NCBI GenBank assembly: GCA_963837175.1
Contig: CAWIMJ010000034.1
Coordinates: forward strand, 64,001 to 128,000
Length of the DNA stretch: 64,000 bases
Direction: 5' to 3'
Source: an uncultured Nitrososphaeraceae archaeon
GTDB taxonomy: Archaea > Thermoproteota > Nitrososphaeria > Nitrososphaerales > Nitrososphaeraceae
Under the pieces are notes generated by a model that worked only from the letters and a program-made list of their open reading frames with translations, did not search any database and was not told the DNA's origin. Numbering within the stretch: position 1 is the stretch's first letter; each line of letters opens with the position of its first letter. This document shows positions 21,504-32,015 of the stretch, piece by piece. The translations under genes were made by a program, and so were the position numbers.

Positions 21504-23714
21504 ATGGCTATCTTACATTTTAGTGGAAAATTCAAATTCCATGTTCCTCTCTACAACAATATTCCTTATCATGAGGAATTAGAGTTCAACTCACAAATAG
21601 AACCAAAAGAAGTACATAAAAATTTTGGAGTTGATCCATTACAGTATTATGAATTTGAATTTTTGGATGTTTACGTATCAAAAATAACTTATGATGATGG
21701 AACCTCTACTGTAAACCCTAAAAATGATCCAATCATTGGTAAGAAAGTGTTATTAAAGGGTCTCTTAGTGGACGTGGCACCTCATTTAGAGATTGGAAGA
21801 TTGTTTGCTGCCGAATTTAGAGTTATAGATTTTCTTATGGGAAAACTAGATGTTGCAGTACAATCAGAACTTGCTAAGAATATTAAAACTGATATATTAG
21901 ACAATATTCAAAACGAATCTGTTTGTTATTCTGCATATTTCGATACTCGCTTATATGAAATATATAGATTAACACATGAGGAATTAACAAAAGATAGTTC
22001 TAAATTCCTCAAAGAAATTGATAATAACATTTCGAATCTAAAAGTACATTTTACTGTTACCAGATTCATAAATAAATCCTCTGTTTTAGATAATGAGGAA
22101 TCTGTAATTAATGAAGGAAATGTTTATGGATATATTAAAGAAGAAACCCTTTCACAGAATAACAGCGGTGTACGGCTCAAGGAACGTCGTCTTATTTTCA
22201 ATTCTAGTTTAAACTGTAATTCCAATGAAAATGATAATAATTTCCCGTTAGATATTTTTAAGGATTTTGATCTTAAAGGAACTTATGAAATACAAGAAGA
22301 AAAAAAGTTAGTTATAGTATCTTATATAAATTTTATTCCCTATATCGATTTAAATTATAATACCTTTCCACAAGTTAGATATTTCATTAAAATATTTTAT
22401 GAAGATCGGGAGCTTCACTGTGGGGAAGAAGATGTAGAGATTAAAACTAATAGGGAAAGTCTTTTTGAATCTGGCGGAACCAAAGTTTTTAAAATTCCAG
22501 GAGATGTGTGCGATTTATCAAAATTATATCTTATCGTGGTATTAAAAAAAGAAAACAATAATGAGTTCATACTAATGATTGAGCCTGATTATGATATTGT
22601 TTTAGACGAAAATTGTCGATACATATATCTAGAATCTAACAAACAAAAGGAGATAGTATCTTTTATATTCCATAAAAATAAGCTAGATAATGGATTAATA
22701 CCAATAGTTTTAGAAAATCCTACATTGGATCAAAAATCATCGAGAGATGAAAAAAGTAAATACCGATCACCCATTGTTGCAAAATGGATGCAGAAAGAGA
22801 AAGAACCAACAGGGAACAAAAAATCGAATGAGATGACAATTAATGCAATAAATGGCGTCGTACGTGCCGTAATAGAGGCCATAAATTTAGAAGATTCTGA
22901 AAAAGTATATGATCCTGTTAATGATATATATTTAGAAGGAGAACTGCCTTGGAATAGGTATTATGGAAATGAAGTTTCGTTAAAAATAGATATTAATGAT
23001 AATTATAAAATGCAGAGAAATATTCCTGTTCGTGTACTTCATAGTGTTAACTTGGAGTCAAATAATAAAGAAGTAAAATCTTTAGAGATTATAAAAAAGC
23101 TTTTCTCATATTATATCCGATACTATCCTTGGCTGCATACTAGCTATACACAAGATCCGAATATGGAAAAATCAAGATATGTATATAAAAGATTTTTAGA
23201 ACTTGATAAATGGGACTACAACCATCATAACTGGGCTAATACTAAGCAAGTCATAGATAATATAGATAAGATTGTAGAACGTCTTTCAAGAAAAGATGAA
23301 GATTGGAGAAAAATGCCTCGATCAAGAGACTTTCCAATTAATGGTGTGGAATTTATAAAGATATGGCGTACTCAAATTCTTGATGAGTTATTACATGGAG
23401 TAAATGATTATATTAAAATCGATGTCCAAGACAATCTAAAAAAACTTGATAAATTAATAGAGAAAAGTGATGATGAGAAAGATAAAGATGTATTATTAGT
23501 GTTAAAAAGATATATCGAAAGCGAGAATTTGGGTGATGAATTTACAGACGTCCAAGACAATCTAAAAAAACTTGATAAATTAATAGAGAAAAGTGATGAT
23601 GAGAAAGATAAAGAATTTATCAAATCTTTAAGATTAAGAATATTAATTAAAGTATCAGAAAGTATACATAATTTAAGGCAAGAAATCCAGACAAGCCACA
23701 TACATTCTGAATAG
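21504..23714 (+). CDS. VioB-like (N-terminal/central heme region) protein, no obvious ferritin-like C-terminal domain
   Basis: N-terminal LHFSGKF...P.YNN and C-terminal YYIRYYPWL...KMPRSRDFP resemble VioB-family motifs. Starts 8 bp after the tyrosinase stop. Confidence 0.5.
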   Translation: MAILHFSGKFKFHVPLYNNIPYHEELEFNSQIEPKEVHKNFGVDPLQYYEFEFLDVYVSKITYDDGTSTVNPKNDPIIGKKVLLKGLLVDVAPHLEIGRLFAAEFRVIDFLMGKLDVAVQSELAKNIKTDILDNIQNESVCYSAYFDTRLYEIYRLTHEELTKDSSKFLKEIDNNISNLKVHFTVTRFINKSSVLDNEESVINEGNVYGYIKEETLSQNNSGVRLKERRLIFNSSLNCNSNENDNNFPLDIFKDFDLKGTYEIQEEKKLVIVSYINFIPYIDLNYNTFPQVRYFIKIFYEDRELHCGEEDVEIKTNRESLFESGGTKVFKIPGDVCDLSKLYLIVVLKKENNNEFILMIEPDYDIVLDENCRYIYLESNKQKEIVSFIFHKNKLDNGLIPIVLENPTLDQKSSRDEKSKYRSPIVAKWMQKEKEPTGNKKSNEMTINAINGVVRAVIEAINLEDSEKVYDPVNDIYLEGELPWNRYYGNEVSLKIDINDNYKMQRNIPVRVLHSVNLESNNKEVKSLEIIKKLFSYYIRYYPWLHTSYTQDPNMEKSRYVYKRFLELDKWDYNHHNWANTKQVIDNIDKIVERLSRKDEDWRKMPRSRDFPINGVEFIKIWRTQILDELLHGVNDYIKIDVQDNLKKLDKLIEKSDDEKDKDVLLVLKRYIESENLGDEFTDVQDNLKKLDKLIEKSDDEKDKEFIKSLRLRILIKVSESIHNLRQEIQTSHIHSE
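23421..23614 (+). repeat. 68-bp direct repeat, two copies, in frame (DVQDNLKKLDKLIEKSDDEKDK)
   Basis: Copies at 23421-23488 and 23547-23614. Confidence 0.9.
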
Positions 23715-23835
23715 TAATTTAATTGAAATCTTGTCATTTTTCCCCTTTTTTCTAATTAAAAATTAATTGATATAGTAGCAAGGAATAATTATTTACTATA
23801 CGGGTTCATATTGCAATCAATAATATACAATCACC

Positions 23836-23931
23836 ATTGGATACAAAAGTATAAACCCAAAAAGATATTTGAAAGGAAAACGAAAATCGAGGAATTCATC
23901 ATCTATGAAACATTAATAAAAATTGGTTCAG
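23836..23931 (+). mobile_element. Internal IS6 transposase fragment
   Basis: Near-identical to about 28484-28579 (WIQKYKPKKIFERK...ETLIKIGS). Confidence 0.8.
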
Positions 23932-24036
23932 TATACTGATTATCAATTTTATTATTATAAATCATAAAACTACAGAAATACTTATCGCATTTTTCAGTTA
24001 TGATTATATGAAGAGTCTTATTTTTATGGTTGTAAT

Positions 24037-24816
24037 ATGATTAAAGAAAAAGATCTTTTTGTGGTAATGTCTATGGTAGCAACAGTAGCATTAATACTAA
24101 CAACAAGCATTGGAATACCTTTTGACATAGCAAATGGTCAAATGGCCTCATGTGACAATGGAGAATTAAATCCATCGCCTTCCAGTCATGTGCTTCCAGT
24201 AATTCTTGTACATGGATATAGAGAAGATTCATCGATATGGTATGAATGGGAACAAAACCTTGAAAGTGATGGCATTCAATTTTGTTTAGTATCTTTCCAT
24301 CCTGATGATATATGTGGAACCGCTTTAGATGATGCTAGCGAATTAAGCCAAATAGTTCAAAGAGTCAAAAGTATGACGCTACAAAATCAAGTAAATATAG
24401 TTGCTCATAGCAAAGGTGGATTAGATGCAAGAGTATATTTGGCCATGACTGGTACTCATGATGTTGCAAACTTGATAATGATTGGAACTCCAAATGCAGG
24501 GTCACCCTTAGCAGATTTCACAGAATACTATAACTCTGACCCGTTTTGTCCAGCTGTACGTGATTTTACAACTTATGCCTGGGATATCAATAGCGGCAGG
24601 AATACAAATACAAAGTATCACACTATTGCAGGTGACTGGTATCCAGATTATGAGGGAAACCCCTACATTCCAGGTCATGATGATGGATGGGTGGCTGTAA
24701 AAAGTGTAGAATCGCAACCATATTTCCACAGTCTTGGACATACTTTACACAAACATTTGGATTTATTAAGCAACATTGAATATGGATTGGCACAGCATAT
24801 ATTACTTGGAAGATGA
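24037..24816 (+). CDS. Secreted alpha/beta hydrolase (lipase/esterase)
   Basis: N-terminal hydrophobic segment, ILVHG, AHSKGG nucleophile elbow, GTPNAGS, DDGWV and C-terminal His. Confidence 0.88.
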   Translation: MIKEKDLFVVMSMVATVALILTTSIGIPFDIANGQMASCDNGELNPSPSSHVLPVILVHGYREDSSIWYEWEQNLESDGIQFCLVSFHPDDICGTALDDASELSQIVQRVKSMTLQNQVNIVAHSKGGLDARVYLAMTGTHDVANLIMIGTPNAGSPLADFTEYYNSDPFCPAVRDFTTYAWDINSGRNTNTKYHTIAGDWYPDYEGNPYIPGHDDGWVAVKSVESQPYFHSLGHTLHKHLDLLSNIEYGLAQHILLGR

Positions 24817-25446
24817 GAAGATGAGCAAGTAGGGATGGAAGCAATTTGTTGGAATAGTTGCAAGAATCGCACATTTAATACATCTATCTAATAATCAGTC
24901 TTTTCTAACATTTTTCTGTATCAAATACCAAATCATGGAAAAATTGTGGATCTTGTATGCTTTATTAATTTTTCAATAGCTTCACATGGTCTCCTATTCT
25001 TAATCTTCAAATTCGATATTCGGTAATATATGACCCAAATCTGTAAGTCCCTTAATACCATTTAGAAAATTTTTGGTCTAACTTCGTTTCAGTCAATAAA
25101 TTGGATAAGATGGAATCCTCCATTCTATTGAACCCCTTTACCACAAGGGATATTAATTTCAAAAGAAACTCCTTAGAATATTAGCACATATAGGATAGAA
25201 TTATTACAGATACTCTCAATTCAAATACTGTGTAGTGGTAACAGTTGGAAACAGATGATAGCAAAGGTAACGAAGTGGTAGCAATGATAACAAAATTGGT
25301 AACAGGGGTAGCAAGAGCTTTAAGCTTCTGTTAAGTATAATCAGATATAAAGTTGTCAATAATGACAAGACAAGAAAAATAAAAGATTTGTTTTAGATCT
25401 TTATAACCAAGGTAAAACAATTCGTGAAATAGCAAAAGAGGCTAGA

Positions 25447-26439
25447 ATGTCATTTAGAGATATAGGAGCTATTTTGAACAAAGTAGTTGAAGAGAAAACA
25501 GAGACATTAAAAGAATATAATAATGGCGCAGAGAAGAGTCAACAAGAAGAAGAAGAACAGCTATCTCTATCAACCCAAGCATACAAACTCTTTTCAGAAG
25601 GTAAGACTCCTTTGGAAGTATCTGTTGCATTAAACCTAAGAGAGTCAGAAGCAACTAAATTCTGTAGAGAGTATCGGAAGCTAAAACAACTACACAATCT
25701 GAATATGGTTTATGAAGAGATTAAAGATGACATTACATCATTTCTAAAGTTATACAAATTAGCTAAGAGAAAAGGTATAGGTGTCAGGCATGTTGTTGAC
25801 ATTCTTGCAATTGCTAACAATGATTTACCAGCTATTGAAGAGAGAGTCAAAACGCTAAGAAATGAGATAAGTACGCTGAAATTTCAAAAATATACATGCA
25901 AGAGAAATTTATATCAATTGAATAATCAAATAGCATCAACAACTAAACTCCTGAATTCTTTTCGTATATCTTGTGAAAGAGAAAGAAGAGAGATACAAAG
26001 TCTCCGCAATGAAAAGACAAGACTTGAAGCACTTATAATAGAATTTAAGAATAATAATGAAGATTATCTCAAAATTAAACAGGCAGCTGAAGAAAATGCG
26101 AGAACAGTTTTAATTAACAGTAAAATACTCTTAAGATTTGCGACTGCATCAGTAATTGAATCATTAAGAAGAAACCCTGAATTATGTAATTTTGTATTGA
26201 ATGATATTTCAAATAATAATATTTGTGGATCTAATTGTGATTCGTTAACGTTGCCAGGAGAACAGCAGCAACAATCATTTAGCTGTCTTAATGATGATAT
26301 CTATACTGCTTTGATATTAGAAGAAGCTGAAAAGATTTACAATACTTTAACAACAAGATTGAGAAATGAAGTTATGGCAGCAGCTGCAGCGATGAAGATA
26401 TCATTACCGTTACCACCATCATCATCTAATAACAGCTAG
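25447..26439 (+). CDS. HTH plus coiled-coil hypothetical protein (paralog 2); the original start at 25362 is cut by a stop
   Basis: Paralog of 12661-13680 with a shared upstream region. ATG ACA AGA CAA GAA AAA TAA at 25362. Confidence 0.7.
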   Translation: MSFRDIGAILNKVVEEKTETLKEYNNGAEKSQQEEEEQLSLSTQAYKLFSEGKTPLEVSVALNLRESEATKFCREYRKLKQLHNLNMVYEEIKDDITSFLKLYKLAKRKGIGVRHVVDILAIANNDLPAIEERVKTLRNEISTLKFQKYTCKRNLYQLNNQIASTTKLLNSFRISCERERREIQSLRNEKTRLEALIIEFKNNNEDYLKIKQAAEENARTVLINSKILLRFATASVIESLRRNPELCNFVLNDISNNNICGSNCDSLTLPGEQQQQSFSCLNDDIYTALILEEAEKIYNTLTTRLRNEVMAAAAAMKISLPLPPSSSNNS

Positions 26440-27054
26440 AAACTAGACTATAAGAATGATGAAATAGAAGAAACTACATGTAATAATAATCAACCACAAA
26501 TTTATAACGGTAATCAAGAGCAAGCAAATGAATAGTAACAGCTATTGTCAACAAAATTGCAGCTTATTTTATAAATATTCAAAATCTATCAGATGCTGAT
26601 TCTTTTAGTAAAATAAAGCAGTGGATTTTAAATAGTAAAACCAAAGGCCTGGGAATGGCTGTTTTTTCTAACTAAAACGTTTGTAATAAGATGTTAAAAA
26701 ATAATAACTAATAAGAGTTATGAAGCAAGGAAAGATACACAAATCAATATAATATATACTCAGGATATGAGCAACAAAAAAGAGAAGTAGGATATTTTCA
26801 TTAAATTTGTTTCATTTAACCTTCTTAACGGAAGAGTATTACGGCTGCAGGAATACCCTGAACTCTATTAATATCTGTTATTCTTGAATGTAGTAGATAT
26901 GCGAATTTATGTTAGTTAGTATATAATATAGAGAGTAGTAGAACTTATTTTATTAGTTTTAGTAGTTCTCCAATTTAGGCGCGCCGCCTAATTTCATGTG
27001 GTTATCAACAAAAGTAAGTGAGTCTATAATTGCTTTTATTGTTCAGCAAAAATA

Positions 27055-27260
27055 TTTTTCGACGAGGCGGTGCGAAGTAAGAAAACTAATAAACGCTTAC
27101 CATTGAATTTAGAGGACTCTACAAAACATGAATGCGCAATAATAGAGCCGCGCGCCGACAGGAGAAAAGTTTGTTTTATGGTAAGTAGTTTTATTATTAG
27201 TTCTCTATATTTTATTTATTGACAAATTTGGTTGTGGCTGCAACGAAGAAGAGAGAAGAG
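27055..27260. repeat. Diverged ~200-bp noncoding direct repeat, copy 1
   Basis: Shares the core AGAAAACTAA..AAACG..TACCATTGAATTTAGAGGACTC with 28075-28275. Confidence 0.75.
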
Positions 27261-27326
27261 AATAAAAAGAACAACCCAACGCAAATGAACCAGTAGTAGT
27301 TCGTTTCACAAATTCAATTAGTTAAT

Positions 27327-27908
27327 ATGGCTGGTATCTGCATAATCCAAGGAATAAGCAATTTGGATTCGAAGACTAGAAATGAAATTGTTATCTTAGG
27401 CACGGTATTTGGTTCTCTTCTATTGTCTTATAGTGCTACGGTATTTTTTATTCCGAACGCATATGCTATTAATAACACTGAGGCAATAGGAGGTCTAGCC
27501 GAAACTGTTGATTTAGGCAGTCCCTTTTATATTCAGCATTATCAGTCTGTTGTTGAAAAGCCACAATCCGAAGACGAGCCTGGAAACTTTACAGGCGAAG
27601 GGATACTCAATGGAAGCTTGAGCGTGAGTGCAATAGGGAATAGCACCGAAACCCTCAGAAATAATGACACAGTCTATATCCAAGGGAATGCAAAGTACTT
27701 TACTGATGATAACATGGACATGGCAAACTACAACTTCCAAGCGATAGGTAATTATCGTCCAGACGGTACTTTCGAAAGCAGGGGAGTGGCGATCTTTGAT
27801 GATGTTGCTACTGGAAAACTCTCGGGTCTAAGCAATTCAGTTGCCATCTATAAGGACAGGATTGATACCAACGGAAACGGGACATTTCTTATGTGGCACT
27901 GGAAATAA
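27327..27908 (+). CDS. Secreted beta-rich hypothetical protein
   Basis: Signal-like segment ending NAYA, C-terminal FLMWHWK. Confidence 0.65.
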   Translation: MAGICIIQGISNLDSKTRNEIVILGTVFGSLLLSYSATVFFIPNAYAINNTEAIGGLAETVDLGSPFYIQHYQSVVEKPQSEDEPGNFTGEGILNGSLSVSAIGNSTETLRNNDTVYIQGNAKYFTDDNMDMANYNFQAIGNYRPDGTFESRGVAIFDDVATGKLSGLSNSVAIYKDRIDTNGNGTFLMWHWK

Positions 27909-28074
27909 GATATTGTGAAAACAAGAGAAATATTATTTATAGATGGACTGACTGTTAATATGGATCCTAGGTTGACTACCTGCTACATATGCAGCTAAAG
28001 TTTTCAAAAAGACATGGGATTTAATTTTCATAGCATCAAATTTTTGAAATGAAAGAGTCATAGCTCTTAACGAT

Positions 28075-28275
28075 ATTTTTTGATGAAGTTGTTCGGAGAA
28101 AACTAACAAACGGCTACCATTGAATTTAGAGGACTCAACGCGCCATGAATGTGCGGGTTTTTATGCTGTCAATAACAGAGCTGCGCTCGGCCAGAGTAAA
28201 CAACTATTCTTTGGTAAGTGGTCTTTATATTACAAATGCTGACAAATTGAGTGTGGCTTCTAAGAAGAAAACACA
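28075..28275. repeat. Diverged ~200-bp noncoding direct repeat, copy 2
   Basis: Same core and downstream motifs as copy 1. Confidence 0.75.
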
Positions 28276-28289
28276 ACAACACTCCTCTG

Positions 28290-29055
28290 GGCTCTGTTCA
28301 CTTAACGATAAATCTATAGCTTGAAGATGTCCTATCTCTTTTTATGAATACAAGAAACAGAACATCTTCAGAATATATTGGCTATGGTCTATATTTTTAT
28401 TTTTCAGGTCTTTCATTAAGAAAGACAGCCGAAAGATTATCGTCTTGTTTTATAAAAGAGAAATCATGTATAATCAATCTGGAATTGGATACAAAAGTAT
28501 AAACCTAAAAAGATATTTGAAAGGAAAAAGAAAATCGAGGAATTCATCATCGATGAAACATTAATAAAAATTGGTTCAGAATTGATATGGCTTTGGGTTG
28601 CTATTGAACTTGAGAGTAAGGAAATCCTTGGAATTAGTATAACCAAAGAGAGAAATATGCTCTTAGCTGATCGATTTATTTCAAGCTTAGTTGGGATTCA
28701 TGGTCAACATCCAGTTTCCACAGATGGAGGTACTTGGTATCCACAGGCTTGTAGGTTCTTGAGATTGCCTCATCATATCCATTCCTCTTATACCAGTTAG
28801 CAAAAGTATTCTAACTACACTTTAGGAGTTTCAGAGATAAAAATCGATTGTTGAGTTAGAGAAATTATGCAAATTGGTATATGAGAAAAGCATTATAGAA
28901 AGAACAATGCAGTACATAAAAGATAGAACCGAATGCTTTGATGACTATTTCCCTTGCAGAAAGAAGAATTGTAAATTATTACATGTGTGGAATTGGTTAA
29001 ATCTATTCATCGGTTATCATAACAAGCAATTACAAATCGTTAAGTGAACAGAGCC
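28290..29055 (+). mobile_element. IS6-family element with an inactive transposase (frameshift plus MITE insertion)
   Basis: TIRs GGCTCTGTTCACTTAAC and GTTAAGTGAACAGAGCC; motifs IDETLIKIG and STDGGTWYP. No TSD seen. Confidence 0.9.
28791..28879. mobile_element. 89-bp MITE, TA duplication (IS630-like), inside the IS6 transposase
   Basis: Imperfect TIRs TACCAGTTAGCA and TGCAAATTGGTA. Removing it restores HSSYEKSIIER. Confidence 0.8.
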
Positions 29056-29189
29056 GTCAAATCAATCTAAAAAATTATATGTCAATACTTTATTATATAT
29101 ATCCGCGAATCAGACACGAATGAAAATGAAGTATCTGTTGTCATCAATTATTATTAGACAAAAACTACACTGGCTCTGTTATACCTATT

Positions 29190-30716
29190 CTATAGAGAAG
29201 AATATATTTTATAGATTGATCCACCATAAGTAAGAACATATAAACTACCATCATACGGGCTAACTTGTATATCAGTAATTACACCAAATCCTTTTCCAAA
29301 TATTGTTTCATGCATTTCATCTGGAGTATTTGCAATTTTATCTGTAAGCGGACTACCATCACCAAACAATAATCCTGTTCTTTCAGGATTTAATTTAAAA
29401 TTATACAACCAGCCAAGATTAGTATCACCTATAAACATAGTATTTTGGTATTGTTTTCCTAATTTATCGGAGTTGAGAAATTTAAGTGCAGTTACACCAA
29501 GTGTTGCAGTCCAAACAAACTCTGGATCGCTATATTGGCTATTTGCACCAAAATTAACTAAATCAGTAGCAGGATTTATTGTTGTGCTGTTTGTTGCTGT
29601 TGCTGTTGCTGTTGCTGTTGTCTGTGATGAAGAATCATCCTCTGAATCATCCTCTGAAACTTCTGTAATTACATCTTTTACAAAACCTTCAATCTTTGAA
29701 TATCCACTATTAAATCCTGGTTCAACTAGGTTAATTTCATCTGCAAATTCATGACCATTCTCTGTATCCCATAATTTTCCAGTAATAGGATCAAAGTCCA
29801 TTCCAAAAGTATTACGTATACCATATGCATAATAGTAAGGACTCATTGGTTGTATGGATCCTAATGGAGGATTTAGTTGTACTTGACCATCCTGTGTCAC
29901 TCTAAGTATACCACTAGTTCCATCAAGTGGTGCTCCATCAAGAACATTCTGAGCTTGACCTCTATGACCTATAACATCACCAATACCAACGTATACATAA
30001 TTATCAGTAGGGCCGATCATTACCTTACCAGCATTATGCGCTCTTTCAGCATTTTCTCTATCTGGTGGTGGATGCGCTGGAAGATCCAAAAGTAATTTTG
30101 GATTTACTAACTGATTGTCTACTAATTCATATCTGTAAAGACGATTGCCTAATACATTTTCTTCTGAATCAACATCATCACCATCTGTTGCGCTGCTAGA
30201 TTCCGTATAATATAAGAAAACATAAGTAGTGCCATTTTCATGTTGTGATACAGCAATTCCTAGCATTCCTCTCTCAGCTAGATTAGCAACACTTACATCA
30301 AGAAGTGCTTCCGGATTTAATTGACCATTTATGATTCTCTTTACCATACCTGTATTTTTTTCAGTTACTAAAATGTCATTTGGACCTACAAATGCCATAC
30401 TGGTAGGATGGTCAAGTCCAGTAAAGATTTGTTCTAATTTTAGACTAGGATCATTAAGTGTAGGTCCTCCCGGGAGAGGTTTAGACTTTGTATTATGAAT
30501 TGTAGTAGGGATATCATCTGTAGAACTAGAACTAGTGCTAGAAGAAGAATCAGAAGAGCTAGTGCTAGAAGAAGAATCAGAAGAGCTAGTGCTAGAAGAA
30601 GAATCAGAAGAGCTAGAAGCTTGTGCTAGATTTATTATTGGTAGGAAGCTTAGTATTAAAATTAAAACTAAAAGTAATAGAAAAGATATAATGATGTGAC
30701 CTTTTGTATACCTCAA
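29190..30716 (-). CDS. PQQ-dependent soluble sugar dehydrogenase (GSDH family), secreted, with Ser-rich linker
   Basis: ERGMLGIAV, HNAG, YGIRNTFGMDFDP, DEINLV..G.N.G and ITDIQVSP.DG.LYV. Confidence 0.9.
   Translation of the reverse strand: MRYTKGHIIISFLLLLVLILILSFLPIINLAQASSSSDSSSSTSSSDSSSSTSSSDSSSSTSSSSTDDIPTTIHNTKSKPLPGGPTLNDPSLKLEQIFTGLDHPTSMAFVGPNDILVTEKNTGMVKRIINGQLNPEALLDVSVANLAERGMLGIAVSQHENGTTYVFLYYTESSSATDGDDVDSEENVLGNRLYRYELVDNQLVNPKLLLDLPAHPPPDRENAERAHNAGKVMIGPTDNYVYVGIGDVIGHRGQAQNVLDGAPLDGTSGILRVTQDGQVQLNPPLGSIQPMSPYYYAYGIRNTFGMDFDPITGKLWDTENGHEFADEINLVEPGFNSGYSKIEGFVKDVITEVSEDDSEDDSSSQTTATATATATNSTTINPATDLVNFGANSQYSDPEFVWTATLGVTALKFLNSDKLGKQYQNTMFIGDTNLGWLYNFKLNPERTGLLFGDGSPLTDKIANTPDEMHETIFGKGFGVITDIQVSPYDGSLYVLTYGGSIYKIYSSL
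30532..30616. repeat. 27-bp tandem repeat, about 3 copies (encodes SSSDSSSST)
   Basis: Unit CTAGAAGAAGAATCAGAAGAGCTAGTG. Confidence 0.9.
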
Positions 30717-30800
30717 CGAAAAAGATAATGTCTTCTATGATTTAAAGTTATAAGACAAAGAAATATTGTTCTTTATTATATATTTGTGTTACATGGCAGC

Positions 30801-30838
30801 GCCTTCGTAGCTTAGGCTGGTAGAGCGTTGACTTTAAT
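30801..30838 (+). tRNA. 5' half of a tRNA-Thr-like gene (fragment)
   Basis: GCCTTCG TA GCTT AGGCTGGTA GAGC G TTG gives acceptor 5' strand and D-arm. TATA-like sequence about 25 bp upstream. Confidence 0.6.
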
Positions 30839-30865
30839 AGAAAGACATAAGGTCAAAACCTATCT

Positions 30866-32015
30866 ATGGCCAAATGCTCCTCCTGTGGTCAAGGTATCAA
30901 GTCAACATGCGTTAGAGAAGGCTCAAAAGGCTTAATGCTAAAAGTTGGAATTTACTGCTCTTATTGCTTTGTTGCACAACTCATTTAGATAATCATTCAT
31001 CTATCTTCCAATACTAATTGATAATTATGTAATGGCTATACTCTGAAACCAGTTATACAATGATACTTTCAGCATTATCTCCTTTACCATGTTTTCAAAT
31101 CTAATAGCAGTAACATATTCTCCAAACATTCTCTTGATACAGGAAAAGATAGTTTCTACAATCCATCTCTTGCCATAGATGACGCTATCCTTCCATTGTT
31201 GTAAATCGGTTTTCTGTGATTGTACAGCCTTGTTTCTGAGATAGTGATTTGTTTTTCTGTATATGGAATTCTTTCGTACCTTTATTGCTGGTCTGATTCC
31301 TTTAAATGATAATAGTTGGAAATTCCTGTTACTGTCATATGAACCATCAGCAATAACAGATTCTACTGTCTTATTTTGATTTATTGTTATATATCATCTA
31401 TCAATTCTGACAGTACTTTACCATCATGTACTTGTTCGCTGGTTACATCTAATGATATTATTTTCTTCTTTTTGATATCAACTGCTACATGTATCTTTAG
31501 GTATCCTCTCTTTACATTCCACTTATGTCTAATCCATTCACCTCTATTTGTTACCTTGATACCAGTCGAATCAACTGCAATTACAAAATAATCATCATTG
31601 TTGTTATTGTTTTTTGTTGTTTATGTTGATATCTAATCTGTTTATTCTTCTGCTAATGTTACTATAATAATCAGGAATGGATGGTAATGTACCTTGAAGC
31701 GCGTTCTCGTCCTACACCTTCGGTTTGTCTATAAGGTAGATGAAAGTACACCCTCATGTAGCCAAGTAATTCGATAAATGAATCTGGATAAACAAATTTT
31801 CTACCTTTCTTATCTTTGTTCATCTCATCTAATTCGATATGCCAATTATCAATAACATCAAAATCAAGTAATACCTCACCACGTTTAACAAGAGATTCGT
31901 TGTAATTTCTCCAGTTCATATAAGATGACTATTATCGGTTAGCTAAATGTGTTTATAGCAATGAGTTGTGCAACAAAGCAGCTCTTATTGCAATATCTAT
32001 TATACCTCAAATTAA
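30866..32015 (+). pseudogene. Zn-ribbon ORF (CxxC...CxxC) interrupted by an IS
   Basis: Removing the IS and one TSD copy gives MAKCSSCGQGIKSTCVREGSKGLMLKVGIYCSYCNIYYTSN*. Confidence 0.65.
30966..31980 (-). mobile_element. IS5-family (IS903-group-like) element with frameshifted transposase
   Basis: TIRs GCTTTGTTGCACAACTCATT; direct repeat GCTCTTATT at 30957-30965 and 31981-31989; MNWRNYNESLVKRGE and AVDSTGIK. Confidence 0.9.
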
